Virus record (IMG/VR): IMGVR_UViG_3300046479_000008
Coordinates: 1 to 63,767 of that record
Strand: one strand, 5' to 3'
DNA: 63,767 bases
From: a virus
Lineage: Duplodnaviria; Caudoviricetes
Part shown: positions 19,402 through 28,566 of the stretch, one piece after another
How positions within the stretch are numbered: position 1 is the first letter of the stretch
Layout of the letters: each line of letters begins with the position of its first letter
Program-made: the position numbers and the translations under genes
The notes under the pieces: model-generated
Databases searched by the model: none
The model's input: the letters and a program-made list of their open reading frames with translations, nothing else
What the model was told of the DNA's origin: nothing

Positions 19402-20121
19402 TTAGGATACTGGTGTGAAGGATAGCACCTTGACAGCCGGAGGAGGCACCATACCATCCGCTTCGGCTTCTTCCACACCCGCTAGCATTGCACTATTTAG
19501 CTCATCAATTGCTTGCTTCTCTGTGAAAGGACTCTCTGAGTAAGCAATATAGATCTGATCATCCGAATTGTCAACTTCCATAACGAATGGATAGCCCAAG
19601 AGATCCTCTAGGATTGCCATGAAAGTGCTCTTCGCGCAGTCATCATCGAATAAGGCTAGAGTTGTAAACCCTTCTGGGACCTCATTGGGATCCTCATCGA
19701 CTAGCTCAAGCTCCTCTGGAGTCATGGCTCTAGGGCCAGCCCAAGCAAAACCATTCGCGGGATCTCCACTGATCACAAACTTACCCTGAGTTTGCATCTC
19801 CGCAAGCTTCTCTTGCACTTCATCGGCTATACCACGCCAGTCAAAGATATCAAAGTTGATGCTCAACTGGGTTTCCTTCACAGAGTAGCCAGATACAATG
19901 CCAAGGTCCTCGAAATCCTCACGCAAGCTAGGGCTATTGGCGGCCAAGAATACGGTGGAGGAGGCAACTTGAAACTGATCCCCACCCAAGGGTTTTCCAC
20001 CCAAGACCTTCACGGCTCTGGCGATCTCTTTCTTACACTGAGCCGGGTCGTTGTCTGGAAGGTAGATGGAGAAGGGTTTCCGCTTAGGAGCAGCAGTGAG
20101 GAGTTTGGAGGTTAGTCTCAT
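19402..20121 (-). CDS. leader-family protein (MRLTSKLLTAA)
   Basis: 239 aa, acidic. Confidence 0.75.
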   Translation of the reverse strand: MRLTSKLLTAAPKRKPFSIYLPDNDPAQCKKEIARAVKVLGGKPLGGDQFQVASSTVFLAANSPSLREDFEDLGIVSGYSVKETQLSINFDIFDWRGIADEVQEKLAEMQTQGKFVISGDPANGFAWAGPRAMTPEELELVDEDPNEVPEGFTTLALFDDDCAKSTFMAILEDLLGYPFVMEVDNSDDQIYIAYSESPFTEKQAIDELNSAMLAGVEEAEADGMVPPPAVKVLSFTPVS

Positions 20122-21089
20122 AGAGTCTTCTCAAATAGATATCGATCGCCCATCTCATCCACCTTCTTGAAGCCTATGCTGAGCAGGATGTCCCATAGGT
20201 AATCAAGAAGCTCATGTGTGTTCTCGAAGTCATAGAACTCTTCCTTGAAGACCAGAGAGGAGCAAATGAACCTTGCATCACTCTCCTTATACATAGTGAA
20301 TGTGGTAAGGGTTTCATCATTATAGCTGACGCAGAACCCATGGGAGGTTCCTGAGGTCTGTCTCTGAGAGACTTGGAATCCGGCCTCACGGAGCATATTG
20401 GTGGTCTTATACATAAGCTTACAGGTGGTGTCCCACGCCTGAGATTCAGATGTAGCATGCTTACGAAGCAGTTTGGCCGTGAACCGCTTAGAGGTCTTGG
20501 TGCCCTCACTGAGGGATCCCCAGATGATCTGTGCCATCATCCTGTAATCCCGCTCACCCAGGGCCTGGGAGATCTCCATCCCATACTCCCAATCGGGATC
20601 GTCATCCTTGCTCACCCCTAGGTCGATCAGACCTTCTTGGATAGCCCTGGTGGCAACATGCTCAAAGTCATCACCATGGATCAATGCCTCATAGACATCG
20701 TTCTCTGACTTACAAGAGCGGAACACCGGCTCGTCCAGGAGCATATCCGCCAGGAGCACATAGTCACTCTCCTTGAGGGACAACTTACTAGTTGGCTCAT
20801 GGAAGTTCCGGATGTTGTCCAAGGCTTCCAGGCAGAGGACCTCGTGATCATAAGGGCAATCACTCAAGTCATCACCATCCTCACCCATACCAGGGTGGTA
20901 GAAGGATCTAGGATCCTCCTCCCAAGCGGGGAGCGAATGGTTCATGACAATGTCTTTGAGCTTCTTCCAGCCCTGATCAGATACAGCGTCCCAGTTACCA
21001 AACTCTCGGCTCTGGACCTGTTCAAACAGATGCCTGATGCATCCCTCAAACATCTCCACCCATTCTTCTCTGGTATAGCGTCTTGGCAT
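20118..21089 (-). CDS. hypothetical protein with internal TAKLLRKHA motif
   Basis: Start moved to MPRRY behind GAGG; C-terminal module KRFTAKLLRKHA...LWDILLSIGF. Confidence 0.75.
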   Translation of the reverse strand: MPRRYTREEWVEMFEGCIRHLFEQVQSREFGNWDAVSDQGWKKLKDIVMNHSLPAWEEDPRSFYHPGMGEDGDDLSDCPYDHEVLCLEALDNIRNFHEPTSKLSLKESDYVLLADMLLDEPVFRSCKSENDVYEALIHGDDFEHVATRAIQEGLIDLGVSKDDDPDWEYGMEISQALGERDYRMMAQIIWGSLSEGTKTSKRFTAKLLRKHATSESQAWDTTCKLMYKTTNMLREAGFQVSQRQTSGTSHGFCVSYNDETLTTFTMYKESDARFICSSLVFKEEFYDFENTHELLDYLWDILLSIGFKKVDEMGDRYLFEKTL

Positions 21090-21116
21090 GTATGTCCTCA
21101 ATAGAGTACGTGAAGG

Positions 21117-22016
21117 TTAATCTACCAGGATCTTTCTCTTTCCACCCATCTCAGCACGGAGGGATGAACGAGCATTATTTCCTGGATCGACGTAAGGCAA
21201 GGGCTCAATTGGGGTTTCGGCTTCCTGAACGGGCTCAACTGTGGGTTCAGGGTCTGGTTCTTTGGTCATAGGTTGGGTTGGAACAGGTTCTGGGGCCGGT
21301 TTAGGCTCCTGGGGATGGCTGTGGGGTGACGTGACAAAGATCCCAATCTCAATGGATATGGCAAAGATCGCCAAGACCCAGAAGGCTACCCACCGGGGTG
21401 ACATGGCCAGGGTATCCCCGATGACCTCATACATGGTGCGCTTCTGAGTAGACAGATTGGTCTTGTCTTGGGTCTGCAGCGTGTTGATCCGCGTCTGGGA
21501 CTCCATACGCTTGCTCATGTAGTCCTGGATGCTCTGCTGGTCGGCCACGATGAGCTTCTGTAGCTCGATCTTCCTGGTGATCTTATCGTCATCTAAGGAG
21601 GCAATGGCCGATCTCTTGTCTGCTATGGCCTTCTGGGTGGTGCTGATAGACTCTTCGTATAGTTGCTGGTTCTTCCGCTCCAGATTGATGTCATCCACCT
21701 TAGACACCACCCCCACTCGGGCACCCACCTGATCCACCGTGGAGATCGCGTAGCCGAAGGAAGCTAGCAGCGAGTAGAGAGCCACGAACCCATAGGCCCC
21801 GTAGAGACCTACCATCCGCATCATCTTGCCCTTATGCTCACGGACCATGTTGGCGGCCACTAGGCAATAGAGCTTCAAGGCCTCAATGGCCAAGGAGCCT
21901 CCGATGAGTGCCACCTTCTCCAATGGGCTGGTGCCAAGCTCGATGGCTAGGTTGTAGGTAAAGAACGAGCTTACCAGTGCCAGGAACAAGAAGCTTATCC
22001 ACTGAAAGTATTCCAT
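21117..22016 (-). CDS. membrane protein with coiled coil
   Basis: Three N-terminal TM helices, coiled coil, fourth TM, Pro/Glu tail. Confidence 0.8.
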   Translation of the reverse strand: MEYFQWISFLFLALVSSFFTYNLAIELGTSPLEKVALIGGSLAIEALKLYCLVAANMVREHKGKMMRMVGLYGAYGFVALYSLLASFGYAISTVDQVGARVGVVSKVDDINLERKNQQLYEESISTTQKAIADKRSAIASLDDDKITRKIELQKLIVADQQSIQDYMSKRMESQTRINTLQTQDKTNLSTQKRTMYEVIGDTLAMSPRWVAFWVLAIFAISIEIGIFVTSPHSHPQEPKPAPEPVPTQPMTKEPDPEPTVEPVQEAETPIEPLPYVDPGNNARSSLRAEMGGKRKILVD

Positions 22017-22079
22017 TCGAGGTCCCTTAGATTCATTAGGCTACTGAGGCTTTCAATCACGAGTTGATCCAGGAGTCTT

Positions 22080-22496
22080 ATGCTCACCGCCAAACTACTC
22101 AAGAGGGCCGTCAAGAGACTAGGTAAGACTGTCATTCAGGAGTTGGGGCAAGAGCTTCTAGCATTCCTGCAAGAGACCTTCCCGGCTAACGAGTTCAAGC
22201 TACAAGTCTCTGATTGGGGTGCGCAGAAGGGTGATGCAGACATTTTGGTCAAATACGGCTGGCAGTTCATCAACATAGCCTCCTTTGGTAAGATCAAGGG
22301 CGCTGTGATCATGGGGCTTATGAATAAGGAGAAGCATTTCCAAGGCCTCAAATGCACACCAGAGGAAGTGGCTATGTTCTTAGAGATCCAGGAGGCCATT
22401 GGGGATTTCATAGTGACCAAAGGATTCCAACAGAAAAGCGTCAACGGGGATGACTTTCATACTTGGTATAAGCAACCAGAGGCTTCTCAATCCTAA
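22080..22496 (+). CDS. LTAKLLKRA-leader family protein
   Basis: AGGAG RBS; MLTAKLLKRAV; C-terminal IGDFIVTKGF. Confidence 0.85.
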   Translation: MLTAKLLKRAVKRLGKTVIQELGQELLAFLQETFPANEFKLQVSDWGAQKGDADILVKYGWQFINIASFGKIKGAVIMGLMNKEKHFQGLKCTPEEVAMFLEIQEAIGDFIVTKGFQQKSVNGDDFHTWYKQPEASQS

Positions 22497-22514
22497 TTTG
22501 ATTCCGGAGAATCC

Positions 22515-22823
22515 ATGTCCGCGCAATACTACACCTTCACTCAGACTGTCTACCTCCCCAATGGGATCACTATGGGCAACGGAGACTTCATGGCCTTCGA
22601 CGCAACATCCTTCGTAGCCCTAGTCTACCCTGGTATGGTTGATAAGCAGGTGTTGCGGTTCAACCTTGGTGAGATCAATGCAATGCTCGCTAAGGGGTTC
22701 ATTGTCTCCACTGCTGTAGTCCCTGCAGGGTTGCCCGGTGATCTCAACTTCGATGACTCCGCTGTGATCGTTGAGCCCATCGTTCGCCCTGTGGATCCCA
22801 ACGTTCCTGCCCCAGGGGCCTAA
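22515..22823 (+). CDS. hypothetical protein
   Basis: GGAG RBS, 102 aa, followed by a hairpin. Confidence 0.75.
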   Translation: MSAQYYTFTQTVYLPNGITMGNGDFMAFDATSFVALVYPGMVDKQVLRFNLGEINAMLAKGFIVSTAVVPAGLPGDLNFDDSAVIVEPIVRPVDPNVPAPGA

Positions 22824-22891
22824 TGATATGGATATGAATTCCCCTTTCCTTCAAAAGGGTTGATTTCACGTTTTGATTTCAGACACAAGTC

Positions 22892-22915
22892 AGGCCCCAT
22901 TGCTGGGGCCTTTCT
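22892..22915. terminator. hairpin between convergent genes
   Basis: AGGCCCCA-TTGC-TGGGGCCT followed by TTCTC. Confidence 0.7.
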
Positions 22916-22932
22916 CATGTAATGAAGGGAAG

Positions 22933-23547
22933 TTACTGAATGCGCTGGATGAACTTGAGGTCGTAGCCCAGGATGGCTTCGGTGTCCAGGATCAGGTAGT
23001 GATACTTGCGGCCCTCAGCGACCAGGAACGGGTTGGTGTGGCTCTCGGTGAGGACTTCCTGAGCGATAACCAACCCACCCTCGGTGACCAGGTGCTGCTT
23101 GACCAGCTCCACATTGGGCACATGGAAGCCCAGGTGAGAGAGCTTGCAGGGCGGCAGGGGCACCCCAGTAGCAGCGGCTCTGGCGGAGTGCCAGTCGGTG
23201 TTGGTCTGGGTGGGAGCGTCGTAAGTGAGCAGCTCGAACTCAACGCCCTTGGAGGTCATACCCGGCTTGACGTTGACGTAGCTGTAGGAGAAGTTCAGCA
23301 CTCCCTGGACCTGAGTCTGCTGCCCGAACACGGTGCCCTGAGCGACATTGCGATCAGTGGCCCAGTCGGAATGGCCCAGACCACCCATGAACAACTGCAC
23401 GTTGGGCAGGGCATCAGCGGAGACCAGGAAGGCGATCTGGTCGACCACCATGGGGAAGGGGAACTTGAGGGTCTTGGCGAACCCAGCGAGCTTCGCGAGG
23501 GCGGCCAGGATATCAGGATTGCTCTGGGGTTCAGTGATTGGTGACAT
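22933..23547 (-). CDS. VOC/glyoxalase-fold protein
   Basis: VDQIAF...EFELLTY...LSHLGFHV...LKFIQR pattern; start moved to MSPITE behind GGAG. Confidence 0.75.
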   Translation of the reverse strand: MSPITEPQSNPDILAALAKLAGFAKTLKFPFPMVVDQIAFLVSADALPNVQLFMGGLGHSDWATDRNVAQGTVFGQQTQVQGVLNFSYSYVNVKPGMTSKGVEFELLTYDAPTQTNTDWHSARAAATGVPLPPCKLSHLGFHVPNVELVKQHLVTEGGLVIAQEVLTESHTNPFLVAEGRKYHYLILDTEAILGYDLKFIQRIQ

Positions 23548-23576
23548 TGATTGTGCTCCGTAGAAGAGAGGATACC

Positions 23577-24347
23577 TTAGGCCCCGTAGGGCATGACGGT
23601 CTTGTTGAAGAACTCGTGACGGCTCTTGTGGCCGAGGATGAAGCCGATATACTCCGCCAGGGCATGCACGGAGGTCTCCTTCCCGCTGGGGAGAGAAGTG
23701 AGCTGATACTTGGTGGTCTGCTCCGGAGTCCAACCATTGGCCTCACTGACCGCATTGAGGATGTAGGTGCTCATCCCAGACTCATCGGGCTGCTTGTGCT
23801 CCGGATCCTTGGGGCCTTCGAGCTTGTTGGGACTGATGCCAAACACTGTCACACCCCAACCCTTGCGCCAGGATTCGTGACCAAGCTGCAGGGTGATCAT
23901 CTTCTGTGCAGCCTTGGACGAGTTGTAGAGACTGCTGTTCGTGAAGGGCACCTCAGAGGCATTGGAGATGATGTTCAGGATGGTGCCCTTGGAGGTCTTC
24001 AGGGAGGGCAGGAACCCCTGAGCGAGGAACAGGGTGGCCTTGGCATTCAAGGCATAGATCTGGTCAAACTCCTCGCTGGTGATGTCCTCGAAGGGGACGA
24101 TCTTGTTGACCCCAAGGTTGTTGACCAACACATCAACCTGTCCACCACAATGACCTAATACCTCCTGGATGGCATCATGGGTCTGGTCGATGTCCGAGAG
24201 GTCAGCGACAATGGTGGGGAACTCAATGCAGGGTTTGCAGTCAATGTTGAAGCACTCGAAGCCCTGGTGATGCAGCTCGCGCAGGATCTGTAGACCCAGA
24301 CCACTGGACCCGCCGGAGACTACCGCTACGCGTTTCTGTTTAATCAT
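23577..24347 (-). CDS. short-chain dehydrogenase/reductase (SDR)
   Basis: VSGGSSGLG, VDVLVNNLG, catalytic S, YNSSK, ISP. Confidence 0.93.
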   Translation of the reverse strand: MIKQKRVAVVSGGSSGLGLQILRELHHQGFECFNIDCKPCIEFPTIVADLSDIDQTHDAIQEVLGHCGGQVDVLVNNLGVNKIVPFEDITSEEFDQIYALNAKATLFLAQGFLPSLKTSKGTILNIISNASEVPFTNSSLYNSSKAAQKMITLQLGHESWRKGWGVTVFGISPNKLEGPKDPEHKQPDESGMSTYILNAVSEANGWTPEQTTKYQLTSLPSGKETSVHALAEYIGFILGHKSRHEFFNKTVMPYGA

Positions 24348-24375
24348 ATTACTCCTCGATGATGGATGTTCTAGG

Positions 24376-25437
24376 TTACCGGCTAGCCTTATCCCGGATC
24401 ACAAGCTCTTCCCATATCGCAGCATAGACAGCCGCATCATGGATTGAGTCTTGATGGTCCAGCTGAGAGATCCGGACAGGGGATAGGCCCTTGGGGTTGA
24501 GCGCACGACAGAGCTTGTGGACAATGATCCCAAGGGTGGCCATGATCGCATAGTCGGATTCAGTCTCAACCACTACCCCATCGGGGATCAACGCCTTGAG
24601 GACTTTGCCGGCTCTGACGTATGAGCTACCATATACCCGGCCACGCTCGGCGAACGTCTGCTGCATCTCCCCCAGGAGGGTGGACGCATTGGGCAGCTGC
24701 GGTTCATCAACCACAGGACGGGAACGCTCTAAGGCCTGGAACCCCTCACGGAGTTCCTCGGCCAGATTCCGCTGACCTTCAACGACCTGGCCTTCAAGCT
24801 TATTGGCCTGGATGTTCATGTCCCCAGATACCGTAAGGGTAATGGACTCCTGTTGACCATCGGCCTCCAGGGCATCCAAGGCCTCCTGGACCCAAGCAGG
24901 AGGAGCCGCAACGGGTTCCAGCAGAGCATCAAACCCCTCAACACCTTGGTCACCATTGTCCTCTACGTCCTTGTTGAGCGCCTCAAGGTATTCCTCACTA
25001 AGGGGATCCAGGGCCTGTAGACCCTCTTGCAGATCATCCTCCTCATCCCAGCCGATCTGGGACTGTGAGGCCAAGGAGGCATCCGTGAAGGAGAAGCTGG
25101 GATCCTCCTTGAGGATAGGTTCGATCTCTACCTGCACGATCTCCTCCTTGGGGCCTCTGAGCTTACGCCGGGTGGAGATCCCATAGGGATCCCGCTCATA
25201 ACCCTCGATGGGGATGATACGCCCATCACTGGGAGGACCATTGGGACGCACCGGGGGCACCTGAGGTACGAGGAGCTCAACGGGTTCAGGGGCAAAGCAC
25301 TCAGAGCGGATCTCCCCTGAGTTGAGTACAATCACCGGGCATACATCAGCTCGCTTCCCGTCGATGGTGATAGCAGTATGGTTCAAGCTCTTATCCACGA
25401 ACACCTTACCTGTACGATCAACGAACGTTCTCTCCAT
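24376..25437 (-). CDS. acidic N-terminal region fused to DUF6378/Nmad1-like domain
   Basis: ERGRVYGSSY...HKLCR...HQDSIHDAAVYAAIW. Confidence 0.75.
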   Translation of the reverse strand: MERTFVDRTGKVFVDKSLNHTAITIDGKRADVCPVIVLNSGEIRSECFAPEPVELLVPQVPPVRPNGPPSDGRIIPIEGYERDPYGISTRRKLRGPKEEIVQVEIEPILKEDPSFSFTDASLASQSQIGWDEEDDLQEGLQALDPLSEEYLEALNKDVEDNGDQGVEGFDALLEPVAAPPAWVQEALDALEADGQQESITLTVSGDMNIQANKLEGQVVEGQRNLAEELREGFQALERSRPVVDEPQLPNASTLLGEMQQTFAERGRVYGSSYVRAGKVLKALIPDGVVVETESDYAIMATLGIIVHKLCRALNPKGLSPVRISQLDHQDSIHDAAVYAAIWEELVIRDKASR

Positions 25438-25447
25438 CTATGACTCC

Positions 25448-26029
25448 TTATAGGTTAACATACTCTACTAGGCCATCAGCCCTGGAGAGTTCAAAACAGC
25501 GCATTGGAACCTCGACATCGAGTTCCACGGATTCCACTTGATGTAGGATATCCTGGACCAACCCCTTCCGGAGATACGCTAGGGTCATATGCGGTTTGTA
25601 TTCACCATGGGAGGAATGCTCAGCTAGAGCGGCATTCAAGCGCATTAGATCATCGGATTCCACACTCAGGTAGAGCACATCAAACCGGGGATCACTGGTG
25701 AAGCATCCGAACCCTGTGATGGTGAACCCCATAGGGGGTTGCACTTCATCGATGATCCTAGAGACCTTAGAGAGACAATCACTCTCACGGATCCCGTATA
25801 GGACGGTGACATGAGAGTCCAGGGTTCGACCATAGCTAGCGTATAACGCTGAGTCAGGGACCAATTGCTTAGAGATGAACTCAACATCACTCATTAGACT
25901 CTTAGGCGCAACGGCCATGACACAGGAGTAATCGTGCGTCGAGGGCTTAGACACATTGTTGACCGTCTCGGCTAACTGGTTAGCTAACCGATAACGCTTA
26001 GGTGATCTGAATAACAATGTGGATCTCAA
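25448..26029 (-). CDS. 2H phosphoesterase (T4 gp57B/Acb1-like)
   Basis: Two HxT motifs: SHVTVLYG and PHMTLAY. Confidence 0.85.
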   Translation of the reverse strand: MRSTLLFRSPKRYRLANQLAETVNNVSKPSTHDYSCVMAVAPKSLMSDVEFISKQLVPDSALYASYGRTLDSHVTVLYGIRESDCLSKVSRIIDEVQPPMGFTITGFGCFTSDPRFDVLYLSVESDDLMRLNAALAEHSSHGEYKPHMTLAYLRKGLVQDILHQVESVELDVEVPMRCFELSRADGLVEYVNL

Positions 26030-26405
26030 TGGATTCTCCTAGATAGGTAGTCATGGCCGTAGCGCAACCGGTATTCAACCAGAACACCAGGGAGGGCCAA
26101 CCATAACGATCGGGATTACGCAGGATACGCTTCATTTGTTTACGCGTGAGCTCCCATGGTGGACGATCACCGTCGATGTGCTTCATGACAGGACACCATG
26201 GGAGCCAACTCTGCCCGACTGGAGAACCTAACCATTGGATCACTGTGGCAGCAACGACTCGATCCCTATGGGTGACGTCATAGGCTCGCTCGTTGTTCTT
26301 ACCTAGGATGAACTCCAGGGTGTTGCACTTCATCGGTGAACCCCCCATAGGGGGGTTGCACTTGCTGTTGGTGTCCTTCCAGGCCTCATGGAGCTTCTTC
26401 TCCAA
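25998..26405 (-). CDS. hypothetical phage protein, 5' end ambiguous
   Basis: RDRVVAATVIQWLGSPVG. Confidence 0.6.
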   Translation of the reverse strand: MEKKLHEAWKDTNSKCNPPMGGSPMKCNTLEFILGKNNERAYDVTHRDRVVAATVIQWLGSPVGQSWLPWCPVMKHIDGDRPPWELTRKQMKRILRNPDRYGWPSLVFWLNTGCATAMTTYLGESIEIHIVIQIT

Positions 26406-26468
26406 TGGGTTGCCGGTTAGGGGATTCGAATAGGTTCATAGTGCACCCCTGGGATGATGAACCCCATA

Positions 26469-26579
26469 GGGATTGCAAGTCATAGACTTGATGCAAGTCA
26501 TAGACTTGGATTGCAAGTAAGCCAAGATACCCTACCAGGATTGCAAGTCATAGACTTGGATTGCAAGTCATAGACTTGA
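26469..26579. repeat. array of ~20-bp repeats carrying the palindrome CAAGTC-ATA-GACTTG
   Basis: Full copies at 26476, 26494, 26544 and 26564; half copy at 26514. Confidence 0.92.
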
Positions 26580-26785
26580 GCTGAGAGATCAGTGTTGACC
26601 AACCTTACCCACAGGTTTGCCGATGAGGAGCATTCTAGACCAGGGTTGGGGAACCTAGGAGTGAATGGGGATGGAAATTGAGAATTCATGGGCGCAGGAC
26701 AGATTCAAATCTCAATTAAACTTTCCCGCGCATATTCACGAAACATAATCCGAACATAACATGAGAATATTCCTCGCTATAGGTA

Positions 26786-26861
26786 TGGTGCACCCTACTG
26801 GGATTGAACCAGCGACTCTCCGGTTAAAAGGCCGGATGCTCTACCACTGAGCTAAGGGCAC
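26786..26861 (-). tRNA. tRNA-Lys(UUU)-like with 8-nt anticodon loop
   Basis: Cloverleaf: GTGCCCT/AGGGTGC acceptor, GCTC/GAGC D stem, TCCGG-CCTTTTAA-CCGGA, TTCAATC T loop, encoded CCA. Confidence 0.9.
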
Positions 26862-26942
26862 ATGGATTTGGATTATAGATTTATGTTTCACCAAGCATCA
26901 TACTAGGGGAACATATGGGGATCTTGAAGATCTTTCTGCAAT

Positions 26943-27018
26943 TGGAGCGGGTGAAGGGGATCGAACCCTCAACGAACAGCTTGGAAGGCTGACACTCTAG
27001 CCATTGAGTTACACCCGC
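26943..27018 (-). tRNA. tRNA-Gly(UCC)
   Basis: GCGGGTG/CACCCGC acceptor, loop CTTCCAA, TTCGATC, TCCA end. Confidence 0.95.
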
Positions 27019-27063
27019 TAGAAATCTAAGATACGCAATCGAGTTTAGATAAGGAGAAAAAGA

Positions 27064-27717
27064 TCAAACCATCATCCAGTCGTAGGATGTGTTGCCAGAT
27101 ACTCCAGGGAGAACATAACCCATATCCAATAAGATCTCACGGGCCTCAGCGTATGAGGGTTCATTGGTGGATACATCTGCACTTCTTATGAACCTCGCTG
27201 TCGGATTTCCCTTAGCGGAAACCCCGAGCTCATAGGTATATTCGCATTCTCCCTTAGTGAACTTTATCCCGATGGCCATGAAATGTTCTTCCTCATTGGA
27301 GATCGTGAACCCTTGAGCGATCAATCTAGCACAGACAGCGTCCACAATCCAATCGTTCCATGTCCGTTGGAGGAACACCTTGCTACCAGTGCTGGGTTCT
27401 TGTCTACAACCCATGGTGATGAACCAGTCGATGATAGTCTCGATCTCATTGAGGTCTTTGGTTTGCCCCTTACGTTCAATGATCACCCTGGAGCCTTTGA
27501 ACACGATCTCCAACGGGTAGGGCCTAGGAGCACCCATGGCTGTTTGAGCATCATAGGGACGAGGATCCGTGCCAGCCATGACCTCATCCTCAGACATTGA
27601 ATCCCGATAGTGTTTCATCTGACATGGGATGGATTCTCCCCTAAGGAACTCTATGAGTCCATTGGGATGAACATCTACGAAGTACTTAGTGGATGATCGC
27701 TTGAGGAGTGGATGCAT
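27064..27717 (-). CDS. leader-family protein (MHPLLKRSS)
   Basis: Start moved to ATG 27717; IIDWFITMGC and EILLDMGY motifs. Confidence 0.75.
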   Translation of the reverse strand: MHPLLKRSSTKYFVDVHPNGLIEFLRGESIPCQMKHYRDSMSEDEVMAGTDPRPYDAQTAMGAPRPYPLEIVFKGSRVIIERKGQTKDLNEIETIIDWFITMGCRQEPSTGSKVFLQRTWNDWIVDAVCARLIAQGFTISNEEEHFMAIGIKFTKGECEYTYELGVSAKGNPTARFIRSADVSTNEPSYAEAREILLDMGYVLPGVSGNTSYDWMMV

Positions 27718-27718
27718 G

Positions 27719-28129
27719 TTAACCCTTACGGCCCTTGATACCACAGCTCTGTAGGAAGTCACGGTCGTCGCGTCTCGAGTTGTCCTGAGCGTAGTTCCCG
27801 GTCTCGGATAACACCTTAGTGATAATCGAATCCAGGGTTCGCATATGAGCGGCCAATTGCCCTACAGGGAATGCCTGTGAGCTGACGACACGACCATTAG
27901 GGTTCTGGATATGAAACATACAGCTGCCGGTTCCCGTGACCGCCATGGTCATAGTGCAATCTCGACCTAGGAAGTACTTAGCGCAGACATTCGGCTCTCC
28001 GTAGTCCTGGCTAACATAATCGCTTAGGTGATCCAACTGCAGTTGAGCATCAATGGTAGCTTTAGCTGACTCGAACTGCACCATCAGCTCGGACAGAGCA
28101 CGCTTAAGGAGTTTGGCTGTTAGGCGCAT
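27719..28129 (-). CDS. LTAKLLKRA-leader family protein
   Basis: MRLTAKLLKRAL; GAGG RBS. Confidence 0.8.
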   Translation of the reverse strand: MRLTAKLLKRALSELMVQFESAKATIDAQLQLDHLSDYVSQDYGEPNVCAKYFLGRDCTMTMAVTGTGSCMFHIQNPNGRVVSSQAFPVGQLAAHMRTLDSIITKVLSETGNYAQDNSRRDDRDFLQSCGIKGRKG

Positions 28130-28163
28130 AGGATAGATTCCTCTATCCTAGAGAGGGAAAACC

Positions 28164-28565
28164 TTAGCAGGAGTGTTCACCCCAATGGAGTTTGATCTCT
28201 TGGATCATGGGCACCTTCTCGCGCATGATCCCGATGAGTTTGACCAGCTGATCCATGCTCAAGGACCCAGAGTCCATGTAGTCGGAGCCGTGGGCCAGCG
28301 GTAGACCGATGTAACCCTGGCCCTGGTCCATGTGGATGTAGGTCCACCGATGTCCTCCACGATCCTTACCATCGAAGACAGCCCCATCGACACTGGAGTA
28401 GAGAAGGTCATTGATCTCATCCATTGAGTCCTCCAGGGGCTTCCCTGTGATGGCCCGGATGATCTCCAGGACCCCCATGGGATCCTTGTGGTAGTTGACC
28501 TCGAACCCTAACAGCACGAACGAGGAGGATGATGAGTTGCTGACAAAGCCATTCCTGATTTTCAT
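28164..28565 (-). CDS. MKIRNGFVSNSSSSSF-family protein
   Basis: N-terminal motif seen directly. Confidence 0.85.
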   Translation of the reverse strand: MKIRNGFVSNSSSSSFVLLGFEVNYHKDPMGVLEIIRAITGKPLEDSMDEINDLLYSSVDGAVFDGKDRGGHRWTYIHMDQGQGYIGLPLAHGSDYMDSGSLSMDQLVKLIGIMREKVPMIQEIKLHWGEHSC

Positions 28566-28566
28566 A

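Noticed and set aside
26406-26432. tRNA-like fragment (tgggttgccggttaggggattcgaa)
   Set aside because: No complete cloverleaf can be folded.
26469-26579. CRISPR array
   Set aside because: Repeats abut with 3-5 nt between them, there is only one longer gap, and no cas genes are present.
26498-26689. 63-aa ORF across the repeat array
   Set aside because: The 20-bp repeats read in different frames, so it is probably not coding.
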